From a virus (lineage: Duplodnaviria > Caudoviricetes), in the IMG/VR virus record IMGVR_UViG_3300016675_000127, positions 1-47,921 of that record: DNA of 47,921 bases; one strand, 5' to 3'. Position 1 is the first letter of the stretch. Each line of letters opens with the position of its first letter. Under the pieces are notes generated by a model, which saw nothing but the letters and a program-made list of their open reading frames with translations, was not told the origin of the DNA and did no database searches. Of the stretch, positions 9,257-16,797 are shown piece by piece. The position numbers and the translations under genes are program-made.

Positions 9257-9892
9257 ATGAAAGTAGAATTATTGTCAATTATGGGTAATGATGCAATGGT
9301 AGTAGATGTTGCTAGAGTGTCATATCAGAAGGAAGCATCAAACTTTACAGAAGAGCAAAATATTAAACTAATTAACTACCTATCAAAACACGGTCATTGG
9401 TCGCCTTTCTCGCATCCACAACTTCAATTTAGATTAGAAATTCCTATTTACGTTGAACGCCAGCTAGTAAAATCAGAAGCAGGTAGAGTGTATAATAGTA
9501 TTTCGGGCAGATACGTTGATTTTTCAGACACCTATACTAAAATTAAGGAATGGAGGAAGCAATCTAAAAGCAGTAAACAAGGTTCTGATGGATTAATTGA
9601 CAAACAATTGCAAGCAAGTAATATTGAAGAATCTGTAATTGCTACTTGTAAGCATTTTTATAATAAGTTGATTGACTTAGGCGTATCTAAGGAACAAGCT
9701 AGAACTGTATTGCCTTTGAGCCTTAATACTACAATGATATGGACTGGAAGTCTTTATACATTGATTAGACTATGTCAGCAACGATTAAAGCCAGACGCTC
9801 AAGCAGAAACAAGAGAAGTAGTTCAGCTAATGCTTGATGAGGTTAAAAAGACAGGATTATTTGTTGAATCATTAAAAGCGTATAATTTATAA
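9257..9892 (+). CDS. thyX: FAD-dependent thymidylate synthase ThyX
   Basis: ARVSY, GHWSPFSH, RQLVK...SGRY, EQARTVLP, RL..DAQAE.R. Confidence 0.92.
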   Translation: MKVELLSIMGNDAMVVDVARVSYQKEASNFTEEQNIKLINYLSKHGHWSPFSHPQLQFRLEIPIYVERQLVKSEAGRVYNSISGRYVDFSDTYTKIKEWRKQSKSSKQGSDGLIDKQLQASNIEESVIATCKHFYNKLIDLGVSKEQARTVLPLSLNTTMIWTGSLYTLIRLCQQRLKPDAQAETREVVQLMLDEVKKTGLFVESLKAYNL

Positions 9893-10089
9893 TGGAAAAG
9901 ACAGCAGTAGAATGGTTAAGAAAAAAACTATTTAGTGATTTTGGGATTGGCTTTTCAGACAATATTCTTGAAGAAGCTAAAAATATAGAAATACAGAATA
10001 TAAAAAAAGCTTATATAGCTGGGCAAATGAGAAATGAATTACCAAAAACTTACATTAAACAAATGTATGGAAAAGAATCAAATGACTAA
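9892..10089 (+). CDS. Small hypothetical protein (TAVEWL family, paralog of 13798)
   Basis: Begins MEKTAVEWL and shares 18 identical bp with the 13798 gene. Confidence 0.7.
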   Translation: MEKTAVEWLRKKLFSDFGIGFSDNILEEAKNIEIQNIKKAYIAGQMRNELPKTYIKQMYGKESND

Positions 10090-10471
10090 CCAAGAAAGAA
10101 TCAAAAAAAGCGTTGATGATAGCTTTATATTCATCACTACTGCACAATTTTTGCTTGATTTTGCAGAAGAAAATATCGTTCCGAAGCAATGGGCAACTAC
10201 TAAGCTAAAAAGTAGCTTAAAAACTACTATTTCGCTCATACAAGAGCGTATCAATGTATTGTTCGGGTTTAAGGCAGATAAGAAAGCCTTGGCTCAACAT
10301 TTTAACGCTTCTATCATTATGGAAAACAATATGAAGCTGGTTTTATACTTAGCAACTTTGGAAAAAGAAAAAGCTAAAGAATTTGAAAACGACTATATGG
10401 AGTTATTAAAAAAGTATGGAGCAGATAAATTGGAGTATAGAGATTTAGATGCAACTGGAATTGATAAGTAA
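10082..10471 (+). CDS. Hypothetical protein (likely start ATG 10082)
   Basis: In-frame ATG within the 10034..10471 ORF that removes most of the overlap with the upstream gene. Confidence 0.65.
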   Translation: MTNQERIKKSVDDSFIFITTAQFLLDFAEENIVPKQWATTKLKSSLKTTISLIQERINVLFGFKADKKALAQHFNASIIMENNMKLVLYLATLEKEKAKEFENDYMELLKKYGADKLEYRDLDATGIDK

Positions 10472-10511
10472 AAAAAACAAAATAGTTCTTGCAAATAATT
10501 TAGTAGCAAAC

Positions 10512-10519
10512 TAACTTTG
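10512..10519 (+). promoter_or_regulatory. Bacteroidota sigma70 -7 element TAACTTTG
   Basis: Exact TAnnTTTG match upstream of a non-coding structured region. Confidence 0.65.
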
Positions 10520-10606
10520 TGCAGTTAAGTCTGCAATGCACAGGAATTGAAACATACAAGTAAATTGTTAATTACTAATCGTACCACCGCATTGCAGACA
10601 AATAAT

Positions 10607-10687
10607 AGTCAGATGGAGTAAAAGTAACTCGTGGGTGAGCATTAAAAGCAAAAAACCAAGCAAATGGGGCAGTACCATTTCTGACTA
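10607..10687 (+). ncRNA. tRNA-like element 1 (aberrant anticodon arm and T-loop)
   Basis: Acceptor AGTCAGA/TCTGACT, D arm GAGT/ACTC, T arm AATGG-GGCAGTA-CCATT; the anticodon position has a weak stem with an ~18-nt loop. Confidence 0.6.
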
Positions 10688-10851
10688 CGATAGACAACAC
10701 AATGGCTGTGTGTTAAAATGATGAATAACGTGCCAGTATTGAACCACTAGTAAAAAAGGAGTCTTCATCAAGAAGGAAAGTCTGCAACTAAACCTGCTTA
10801 CACTTTGAAACGTAAAGTGATTATTTTAAAATTGCTTAAAATGAAAGATTT

Positions 10852-11058
10852 ATGAAAGCTAAAATTTGGAATATGTCAACAATTGCTACGGAAGAACAAA
10901 ATATTGAAATTTATCCAAATGAAATGAATGACGGTATTATAGTAGAAATCAAAGAAGCAAATTGTAAAAAAACAGACGCAAGATTATATCTTAATAAAGA
11001 ACAAATGGAATTGTTTATCAATAGAATGAATGAAATGATGGATTATGTTTTGAAATAG
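10852..11058 (+). CDS. Hypothetical protein
   Basis: 68 aa ORF. Confidence 0.65.
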   Translation: MKAKIWNMSTIATEEQNIEIYPNEMNDGIIVEIKEANCKKTDARLYLNKEQMELFINRMNEMMDYVLK

Positions 11059-11086
11059 TAGTTTTAAATATTAAATTTTTTAAATT

Positions 11087-11410
11087 ATGCAAAAAATAAT
11101 GATTAGTCAACCTATGAACGGTTTGACACATGAGCAAATTACAGAAGCAAGAAATAGATTCTTAGAATATGCTAAAAAAGAAGGATTAACAGTTGTAAAT
11201 ACATATTTTACAGATGAGTATTATTCAAAAGAATCTATGATTCAAAGAGGTGTTGTTCAAATACCTTTGTCCTTTTTAGCAAAATCAATTCAAAATATGA
11301 GTTTATGCCATAAAGCTTATTTTGCAAAAGGTTGGGAGAATGCAAGAGGTTGTAAAATTGAACATGAAATTGCAAAACAGTACGGTTTAGAAATTATTTA
11401 CGAGGAATAA
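11087..11410 (+). CDS. DUF4406/nucleoside 2-deoxyribosyltransferase-like protein
   Basis: IMISQPMNG...GWENARGCKIEH motifs. Confidence 0.75.
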   Translation: MQKIMISQPMNGLTHEQITEARNRFLEYAKKEGLTVVNTYFTDEYYSKESMIQRGVVQIPLSFLAKSIQNMSLCHKAYFAKGWENARGCKIEHEIAKQYGLEIIYEE

Positions 11411-11419
11411 TTTAAGATT

Positions 11420-11527
11420 TACTACGTGGCGGAATAGAGCAGACGCAAGTGAGAATAGTAATTGCTCTGATGTAGCGGCAGATGCAGTAAGTTATTATTC
11501 GTACAGGTTCGAATCCTGTCGTAGTAA
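11420..11527 (+). ncRNA. tRNA-like element 2 (long hairpin replaces the anticodon arm)
   Basis: Acceptor TACTACG/CGTAGTA, Leu-like D arm GCG-GAATAGAGCAGA-CGC, canonical T arm ACAGG-TTCGAAT-CCTGT, and a long irregular helix GAATAGTAA/TTATTATTC. Confidence 0.75.
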
Positions 11528-11563
11528 TAAAAAAACTATTTTTTAACTAAAATTTTTTATTAT

Positions 11564-11881
11564 ATGACTATTTTACGTATTATATTGATATGGTTTATTT
11601 TATGTTTAATGATTCTTGAAATCATTAATATTGTAAAATATGGTTGGTTTGTAAACAAAGAAACAAAACATATATACAGTAATATTGAAGAATCAGATTA
11701 CCGATTAAATTGGTTTGATGATTCAATTTTATCAATCAATGATAAAAAACATATTTCTACTCATTTTAGTCTTATTTCAAAATACCACATATCTGATAAA
11801 GGAATTGTTTTAAGGTGGTCAAAATTACACAAAAAAATAAATGAATATTATAAAATAGCTCGTTTAAATAAAAAAATATAA
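11564..11881 (+). CDS. Hypothetical membrane-anchored protein
   Basis: N-terminal TM segment, 105 aa. Confidence 0.65.
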   Translation: MTILRIILIWFILCLMILEIINIVKYGWFVNKETKHIYSNIEESDYRLNWFDDSILSINDKKHISTHFSLISKYHISDKGIVLRWSKLHKKINEYYKIARLNKKI

Positions 11882-11980
11882 TGTAAAAGTAGATAAAATG
11901 TACCACGACGCTTACCGTTAGAACAGCACTTTGGTCTTTTACTATATAAGCGAATAGCCCAAAGCATAAGCTAAGATAGT

Positions 11981-12089
11981 AAAAAACACTCAAGATTAAT
12001 CATCGTTAATCGAAAGGCAAGATAAGGTATAATTTGTGTACGATAGAACAATGAATATTGATGCTGTAAGCCCTTTCAGAGTGTTTTTT
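11981..12089 (+). ncRNA. Candidate structured ncRNA
   Basis: Closing stem AAAAAACACTC/GAGTGTTTTTT with inner GATTAA/TTAATC and GAAAGG/CCTTTC helices. Confidence 0.5.
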
Positions 12090-12123
12090 TATAGCTTCCT
12101 TTAGATTTGTTTTGGTTACTGGT

Positions 12124-12153
12124 AAAGGCACTCCAGTTGTGGGTGCTTTTTAT
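12124..12153 (+). terminator. Intrinsic terminator
   Basis: AAAGGCACTC-loop-GGGTGCTTTT followed by T. Confidence 0.65.
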
Positions 12154-12206
12154 TACAAAACAATATTAAAATATAAAAAGTAGCATAGGTTGAATGATTA
12201 ATTAAT

Positions 12207-12237
12207 AAAATACAGTCTAAATTGGGCTGTATTTTTT
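12207..12237 (+). terminator. Intrinsic terminator
   Basis: AAAATACAGTCTA-loop-TGGGCTGTATTTT with a T-run. Confidence 0.65.
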
Positions 12238-12249
12238 GTTTATAAGCAC

Positions 12250-12343
12250 AAAAAAAGGCATAGACTATAAAATCCATGCCTTTGCCATTTAATACACTAA
12301 AACGTCAATTTTGTGAATAAAAAATGTTAATTGCACAAATGTA
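12250..12343 (-). ncRNA. Candidate ~80-nt leftward small RNA (promoter to terminator, no ORF)
   Basis: Minus-strand TACATTTG at 12336-12343 and a minus-strand terminator hairpin at 12254-12283 with a U-run. Confidence 0.5.
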
Positions 12344-12543
12344 GTAAAAAGTAATGAATACAGAATAAAATATTTTCAAATAATCATTTGCTATTACGAA
12401 TTATTTAGTAGTTTTACATAAAATTTTATTTAAAATAAAAACTTAATAATATGTACAAAGATAATTTAAAAAATAAAACTCCAACTAATGAAAATAATGT
12501 ATTAGCAGTTCTATTTTGTCAAACGAATAATTAAATTTAAAAA

Positions 12544-12723
12544 ATGAAAAAACCATTATTTAACGAAATTGAAAGACAGGTAATGCACGAGGATAAATCT
12601 CTATATGCAAGTAGAATGAAACTACATATTGCTACAAAGAAATTTGAAAAGGCATTTATGAAAACTTATATCGGTAGTTTTATTGAAAAATATGCTAGTT
12701 TGTTAGCACGTCTATTAGCTTGA
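12544..12723 (+). CDS. Small hypothetical protein, 59 aa (not in ORF track)
   Basis: MKKPLFNEIERQVMHEDK...LARLLA* with an A-rich leader. Confidence 0.6.
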   Translation: MKKPLFNEIERQVMHEDKSLYASRMKLHIATKKFEKAFMKTYIGSFIEKYASLLARLLA

Positions 12724-12771
12724 CTGATAACGCCAAATAAACTAAAATCTAAAATTTAAACTAATACAATT

Positions 12772-13041
12772 ATGAATAAATGTAATTTAAAAAACAAAAC
12801 ATTTTCTGATTCAAAGCATATTTTATGTGAAGTTGCTGTTTTATCAGCATATCGAATAAATTTCGATTTATGGGTAAAAGAAAATCAAAAGGAATATGAG
12901 AGATACTATTATATAAATAAAATTGAAGATACTTTTGGAAAAGTATTTCATCGTATTGAAGAATCTTACCAATGCCATGAAATGCCTGATTTTCTTGAAG
13001 TTAAAAAACATTGTTTATATCGTTTACGCAATTTAAAATAA
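12772..13041 (+). CDS. Hypothetical protein
   Basis: 89 aa, bounded by degenerate cassette-like inverted ends. Confidence 0.65.
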   Translation: MNKCNLKNKTFSDSKHILCEVAVLSAYRINFDLWVKENQKEYERYYYINKIEDTFGKVFHRIEESYQCHEMPDFLEVKKHCLYRLRNLK

Positions 13042-13048
13042 ACTAATT

Positions 13049-13243
13049 ATGACAGAACAACAATTTCAAACAAAAGTACTCAAGCACAGAAGAAGTATTG
13101 ACTACTACGATAATCTAATTGATAATGAGAAAGACCACGACACTAGAATAGCTTTGTACGACAAATTTGTAGCAAGCTTATTGGCACTTAGTAGATTAGA
13201 AAAAAGATTTAAAAAACAACAATTAAACAATAAGAAAAAATGA
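13049..13243 (+). CDS. Hypothetical protein
   Basis: 64 aa ORF. Confidence 0.6.
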   Translation: MTEQQFQTKVLKHRRSIDYYDNLIDNEKDHDTRIALYDKFVASLLALSRLEKRFKKQQLNNKKK

Positions 13244-13419
13244 AAAAACGAATAAATGCAATTTTAAAATCAACTATGATATTTTTTATATTTTATCTAG
13301 CTGGATGCTTTATAGAAGTATCATTTGACATAAAAGAATGGGATATAGTCACAAGGTTTTTTATAGTTATATCTAGTATAGCTATCTCTAGTCTTACTTA
13401 TGCACTTAAAAATGATTAA
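13240..13419 (+). CDS. Small two-TM membrane protein, 59 aa (not in ORF track)
   Basis: ATGA overlap; FIEVSFDIKEWDIVTR resembles FIFGSYDYENWGALGR of the 24019 ORF. Confidence 0.6.
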   Translation: MKKRINAILKSTMIFFIFYLAGCFIEVSFDIKEWDIVTRFFIVISSIAISSLTYALKND

Positions 13420-13437
13420 ATTTAAAAACAAATAAAT

Positions 13438-13794
13438 ATGAAAAATCAAGAAACTAAACAAGAATGTAACCACGAAATAGTAGAAAAATACGGTGTATCA
13501 GAATGCCAAAATTGCGGAATGGAAGAAAGTGAAATTATTTCTTTAAAGAAAAAAGAAACACTTGAACAAGCTGCAAGGAAATATTCAGAAAATAGAGAAA
13601 CTAAAATCGAAGAAAATCTTTCATTTATAGATTTTATCAATGGTGCTAAATGGCAAGCAGAAAGAATGTATTTAGAAGATGATTTAAGAAAAGCTTTTAG
13701 AGAAGGTCAAGATAATATGTGGTATTCTGAGGGGTTTGGATTGTGTACTCACATATCAGAAGAAAAGTGGTTAGAACAATTTAAAAACAAATAA
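13438..13794 (+). CDS. Hypothetical protein with an N-terminal Cys/His motif
   Basis: CNH...CQNCG followed by ETLEQAA...FINGAKWQAERMY. Confidence 0.7.
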   Translation: MKNQETKQECNHEIVEKYGVSECQNCGMEESEIISLKKKETLEQAARKYSENRETKIEENLSFIDFINGAKWQAERMYLEDDLRKAFREGQDNMWYSEGFGLCTHISEEKWLEQFKNK

Positions 13795-13797
13795 GAT

Positions 13798-14019
13798 ATG
13801 AATCAAACAGCAGTAGAATGGTTAGAAAAGCAATTAGATAACTTATTAGAGCTTTACCCAAGTGAAATTCAAAAAGTTAATAGCTTATTTCAACAAGCCA
13901 AACAAATAGAGAAGCAACAAATTATTGATGCTCATGATAATGGATATATTGATGGTGGAAATAAAAAATCTACCACAGCAGAACAATATTATAGTGAAAC
14001 ATTTAAACAAAACAACTAA
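13798..14019 (+). CDS. Small hypothetical protein (TAVEWL family)
   Basis: MNQTAVEWL...AKQIEKQQIIDA...AEQYYSETF. Confidence 0.75.
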   Translation: MNQTAVEWLEKQLDNLLELYPSEIQKVNSLFQQAKQIEKQQIIDAHDNGYIDGGNKKSTTAEQYYSETFKQNN

Positions 14020-14049
14020 CACTTAGTGTAAATCAAAACAATTAAGCAG

Positions 14050-14469
14050 ATGAAAAAAACAATTTTAGCTCTCGGAATTTTAGCTTCAACAGTAAGCAAA
14101 GCACAATCTATGTTTCAAGTATATGCAGACTTAGACGGTATATGTAACAAGTCTAATATGTATGTATCAAAAGCATTTAATTTAGAACCAATTGACGGCT
14201 CTAAAACACTAACTCATATTGGGAGAATAAGTGACGGCATATTGACCGCAACTCCTTACCCAGAAGATAGAATCTTTAAATTTTACTATACTATAAAGTT
14301 TAAAGATAGAGAAACTTTTAATGCTAATGTCAAGTATATTATCGTCAATAGAGAGGGAGATTATGAGCAAGATGGCGATAGAATATTGCTAACTACAAAG
14401 AATAAAAATACTGTTGCATTGTATCCGGCGGAATGGATGGTGCTTTTTCTTTGTGCAAATAATAGGTAA
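14050..14469 (+). CDS. Secreted/periplasmic hypothetical protein
   Basis: Signal peptide MKKTILALGILASTVSKA/Q; followed by a terminator. Confidence 0.7.
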   Translation: MKKTILALGILASTVSKAQSMFQVYADLDGICNKSNMYVSKAFNLEPIDGSKTLTHIGRISDGILTATPYPEDRIFKFYYTIKFKDRETFNANVKYIIVNREGDYEQDGDRILLTTKNKNTVALYPAEWMVLFLCANNR

Positions 14470-14492
14470 AATTTACATCGTATAAAAGATAG

Positions 14493-14526
14493 AATAACTA
14501 CTCCAGATTGAGGATAGTTATTTTTT
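14493..14526 (+). terminator. Intrinsic terminator
   Basis: AATAACTA...TAGTTATT with a T-run. Confidence 0.6.
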
Positions 14527-14558
14527 ACTAAAAAATATTTCTAATAATAAAATTTTAG

Positions 14559-14678
14559 TATATTTGCATTATAATTCATCGGAAGTTGCGGTCTTGATGT
14601 TTTATTTAAAGATATTATATCCCTTGTCTGGCAAGTAGGTGTCCGCAACCACTGAAAGCCAAAACAAGGGATTTTTTA
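14559..14678 (+). promoter_or_regulatory. TATATTTG promoter with kissing-loop leader RNA K1
   Basis: Loop GTTGCGG (14585-14591) is complementary to loop CCGCAAC (14643-14649); the second hairpin ATCCCTTGT/ACAAGGGAT ends in a T-run. Confidence 0.7.
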
Positions 14679-14726
14679 TTTACATACATTATTGGTTCTC
14701 GATTAGCCTAAATCGTATCAAAAGTC

Positions 14727-15017
14727 ATGGACTTAGAGCAATTAATACAAGAAGAGAAAGAAATAATCTCAAAACTTAACGAAAACAGAGAAAAGCAAAA
14801 AGAATTATCTAAAATAGAATTTATCCGAAAAAATGGGATAAATATTGGAGATTATGTACGATTTAAGGGAAATGGTGGCAAAGAGCGAACAGGTATTATT
14901 TCTGGAGTAAAGTTTATTGGCACAAAAGCATTTTATTATAATGCTATTTTATTTAATTCAGATGGTAAATTAGGTAAAATAGAAGCCGTAATTTATTCTT
15001 CTATATCAAAAATTTAA
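14727..15017 (+). CDS. Hypothetical protein
   Basis: 96 aa ORF. Confidence 0.7.
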   Translation: MDLEQLIQEEKEIISKLNENREKQKELSKIEFIRKNGINIGDYVRFKGNGGKERTGIISGVKFIGTKAFYYNAILFNSDGKLGKIEAVIYSSISKI

Positions 15018-15024
15018 TCAATCT

Positions 15025-15924
15025 ATGGTTTTCTGTAAACCTAAACCGAATTTTAAAACAATGAGTATTTTAAAACAAATTTTCTCACAAAATGCACATT
15101 GGCAAGTTAATAAAGATTTTGCAAAGTGCTATGGATTGCAATGTGCAATTCTAATGTCTGACTTAATAGACAAATGGATTTATTTTGATTGTCCAGAATA
15201 TTTTTATAATACTGCTGAAAACATACAAGAAGATACCACATTGTCTTATTACGAACAAAAGAAAGCTATTAATATTCTTTGCGAAAATGACTTTATAGAA
15301 ACCAAGTTAATAGGCATTCCAGCACGTTTAAATTTTAAAATAAATGAGGAACAAGTTATTAATTTCTTTCAAAACAAGTTTTTAAAAAATTCTAAAACTT
15401 GCACTGAAAAAAAACAAAAACAAGAGTTTGAAAATTTTGAAAACATTAATAATAATAATAAAGAGAATAAAAATAAACATAATAATAAATTAAATAATAA
15501 TACACCTCCGCAAAAAAAATCAAAATCAAAAAAAGAAGTTGAGGTGATAGAAGAAAAATTTGCTTTTGGAGAACATCAAAACGTCAAGCTATCTTTAGAT
15601 GAAAAAGAAAAGTTACTCCAGCGGTGGGGGGCGGACGTTTTTCAACAAATTGTTGATAAACTTTCAAACTATAAATTAGCTTCGGGAACAAAGTATAAAA
15701 GCGACTACGGAGCGATAAACAGCTGGGTAGCAAAACAAGTAGAAAAAGACAATAGATTCAGTAAACCTTTAAACAATAACAACAATGGAAATAGTCAAAG
15801 TAAATCAGGAAAGCAGTATTTCAATCTCGAGCCAGGCTGGTCAAATCTTACAGGCGATGAATGGTGGATGCGTCCATACACTTACACGGGAGGCGATGGA
15901 GAGAATGATAACGTACCTAAATAA
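15025..15924 (+). CDS. Putative replication initiator/replisome organiser
   Basis: wHTH-like N-terminus (FYNTAENIQEDTTLSYYEQKKAINIL), low-complexity N/K linker, C-terminal YKSDYGAINSW; start may be 15061. Confidence 0.65.
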   Translation: MVFCKPKPNFKTMSILKQIFSQNAHWQVNKDFAKCYGLQCAILMSDLIDKWIYFDCPEYFYNTAENIQEDTTLSYYEQKKAINILCENDFIETKLIGIPARLNFKINEEQVINFFQNKFLKNSKTCTEKKQKQEFENFENINNNNKENKNKHNNKLNNNTPPQKKSKSKKEVEVIEEKFAFGEHQNVKLSLDEKEKLLQRWGADVFQQIVDKLSNYKLASGTKYKSDYGAINSWVAKQVEKDNRFSKPLNNNNNGNSQSKSGKQYFNLEPGWSNLTGDEWWMRPYTYTGGDGENDNVPK

Positions 15925-16594
15925 GCTTGTAGGTGCAAGATACAAAGACAGCATAGAACAAAGTAAAAGCAATAATTTCTTGCTTATTAAAATAATGCAA
16001 GATTTTAAAAATACAAAGGTCGAAGAAATTCACTTAGCTTTTGAGTTAGCTGTAAAAGGAAAACTAAACATAGATGTTTATCGCATCTTAGACTATAAAG
16101 CTTTTTGCGATGTTATGTTAGCGTATGAAGAGTACAAAAAAGAGAATATAGGGCAATTAGTTCAGATGCAAATGCTATCTCCGAAGCGTCAAGAAAAATC
16201 ATATACTGAAAACGATACAAAAAACGGCATTGTAGATTTTTTAAAAGAATCTTGGGAACTTACTAAGAAAGGTAAATTAAATGAGCTTACAGGCGTTATT
16301 TTGTACGATTACTTAAAACAATTTGGTTTAATAAATTTTAGTCGTGAGGAAAAGTTTAATATCTTGCATGAAGCTAAAGAATATACTATTAAAACTTTAG
16401 AGGAAAAAAAGCAAGAAAGCAATCTTTATGAGATGCGAGATATTACAAGGATTTTGAAAAACCTTGCTGATACAGATGACGAGGTAATTATTAACTGTAA
16501 AAGGTTTGGGTTGAAGCGACAAATAAATGACTGGATTAAATCTGGAGTAAGTATTGAATCAGTAATTAAAACTATATGGGAATCGAACCTTTGA
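15785..16594 (+). CDS. Hypothetical replication-associated protein (helicase-loader position)
   Basis: Overlaps the initiator gene, with an EEIHLAFELAVKG motif; function inferred from synteny. Confidence 0.55.
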   Translation: MEIVKVNQESSISISSQAGQILQAMNGGCVHTLTREAMERMITYLNKLVGARYKDSIEQSKSNNFLLIKIMQDFKNTKVEEIHLAFELAVKGKLNIDVYRILDYKAFCDVMLAYEEYKKENIGQLVQMQMLSPKRQEKSYTENDTKNGIVDFLKESWELTKKGKLNELTGVILYDYLKQFGLINFSREEKFNILHEAKEYTIKTLEEKKQESNLYEMRDITRILKNLADTDDEVIINCKRFGLKRQINDWIKSGVSIESVIKTIWESNL

Positions 16595-16797
16595 GTGACA
16601 ATCACCAAAAAGCTTTAAATTGGGCAATAGAAAGGGTAAAACGTCCAACGTGCGAGCTTAAAACAAGTTCGCATCATATTTCAGATGTCAATAAAACTTT
16701 GATAGCTCAAATCGAACTTATAACAAGTAATAACAAGGTAAATAGAAAACTCGCTTTTATGCGAATTAAATTTATAAAAGACAATGAAAGGAATTAA
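16576..16797 (+). CDS. Hypothetical protein
   Basis: 73 aa, overlapping both neighbours. Confidence 0.6.
   Translation: MGIEPLSDNHQKALNWAIERVKRPTCELKTSSHHISDVNKTLIAQIELITSNNKVNRKLAFMRIKFIKDNERN

Noticed and set aside
10772-10784. AAGGAAAGTC resembles the RNase P RNA P4 motif GAGGAAAGUC
   Set aside because: No matching 3' P4 strand was found and the space is too short; likely chance.
11420-11527. Functional tRNA-Leu or attP site
   Set aside because: There is no anticodon stem-loop and no integrase nearby; kept only as a tRNA-like element.
15445-15505. AAT-rich tract in the initiator gene as an iteron-containing origin
   Set aside because: Plausible by analogy with lambda O, but no clear iterons were visible; it is only low-complexity sequence.
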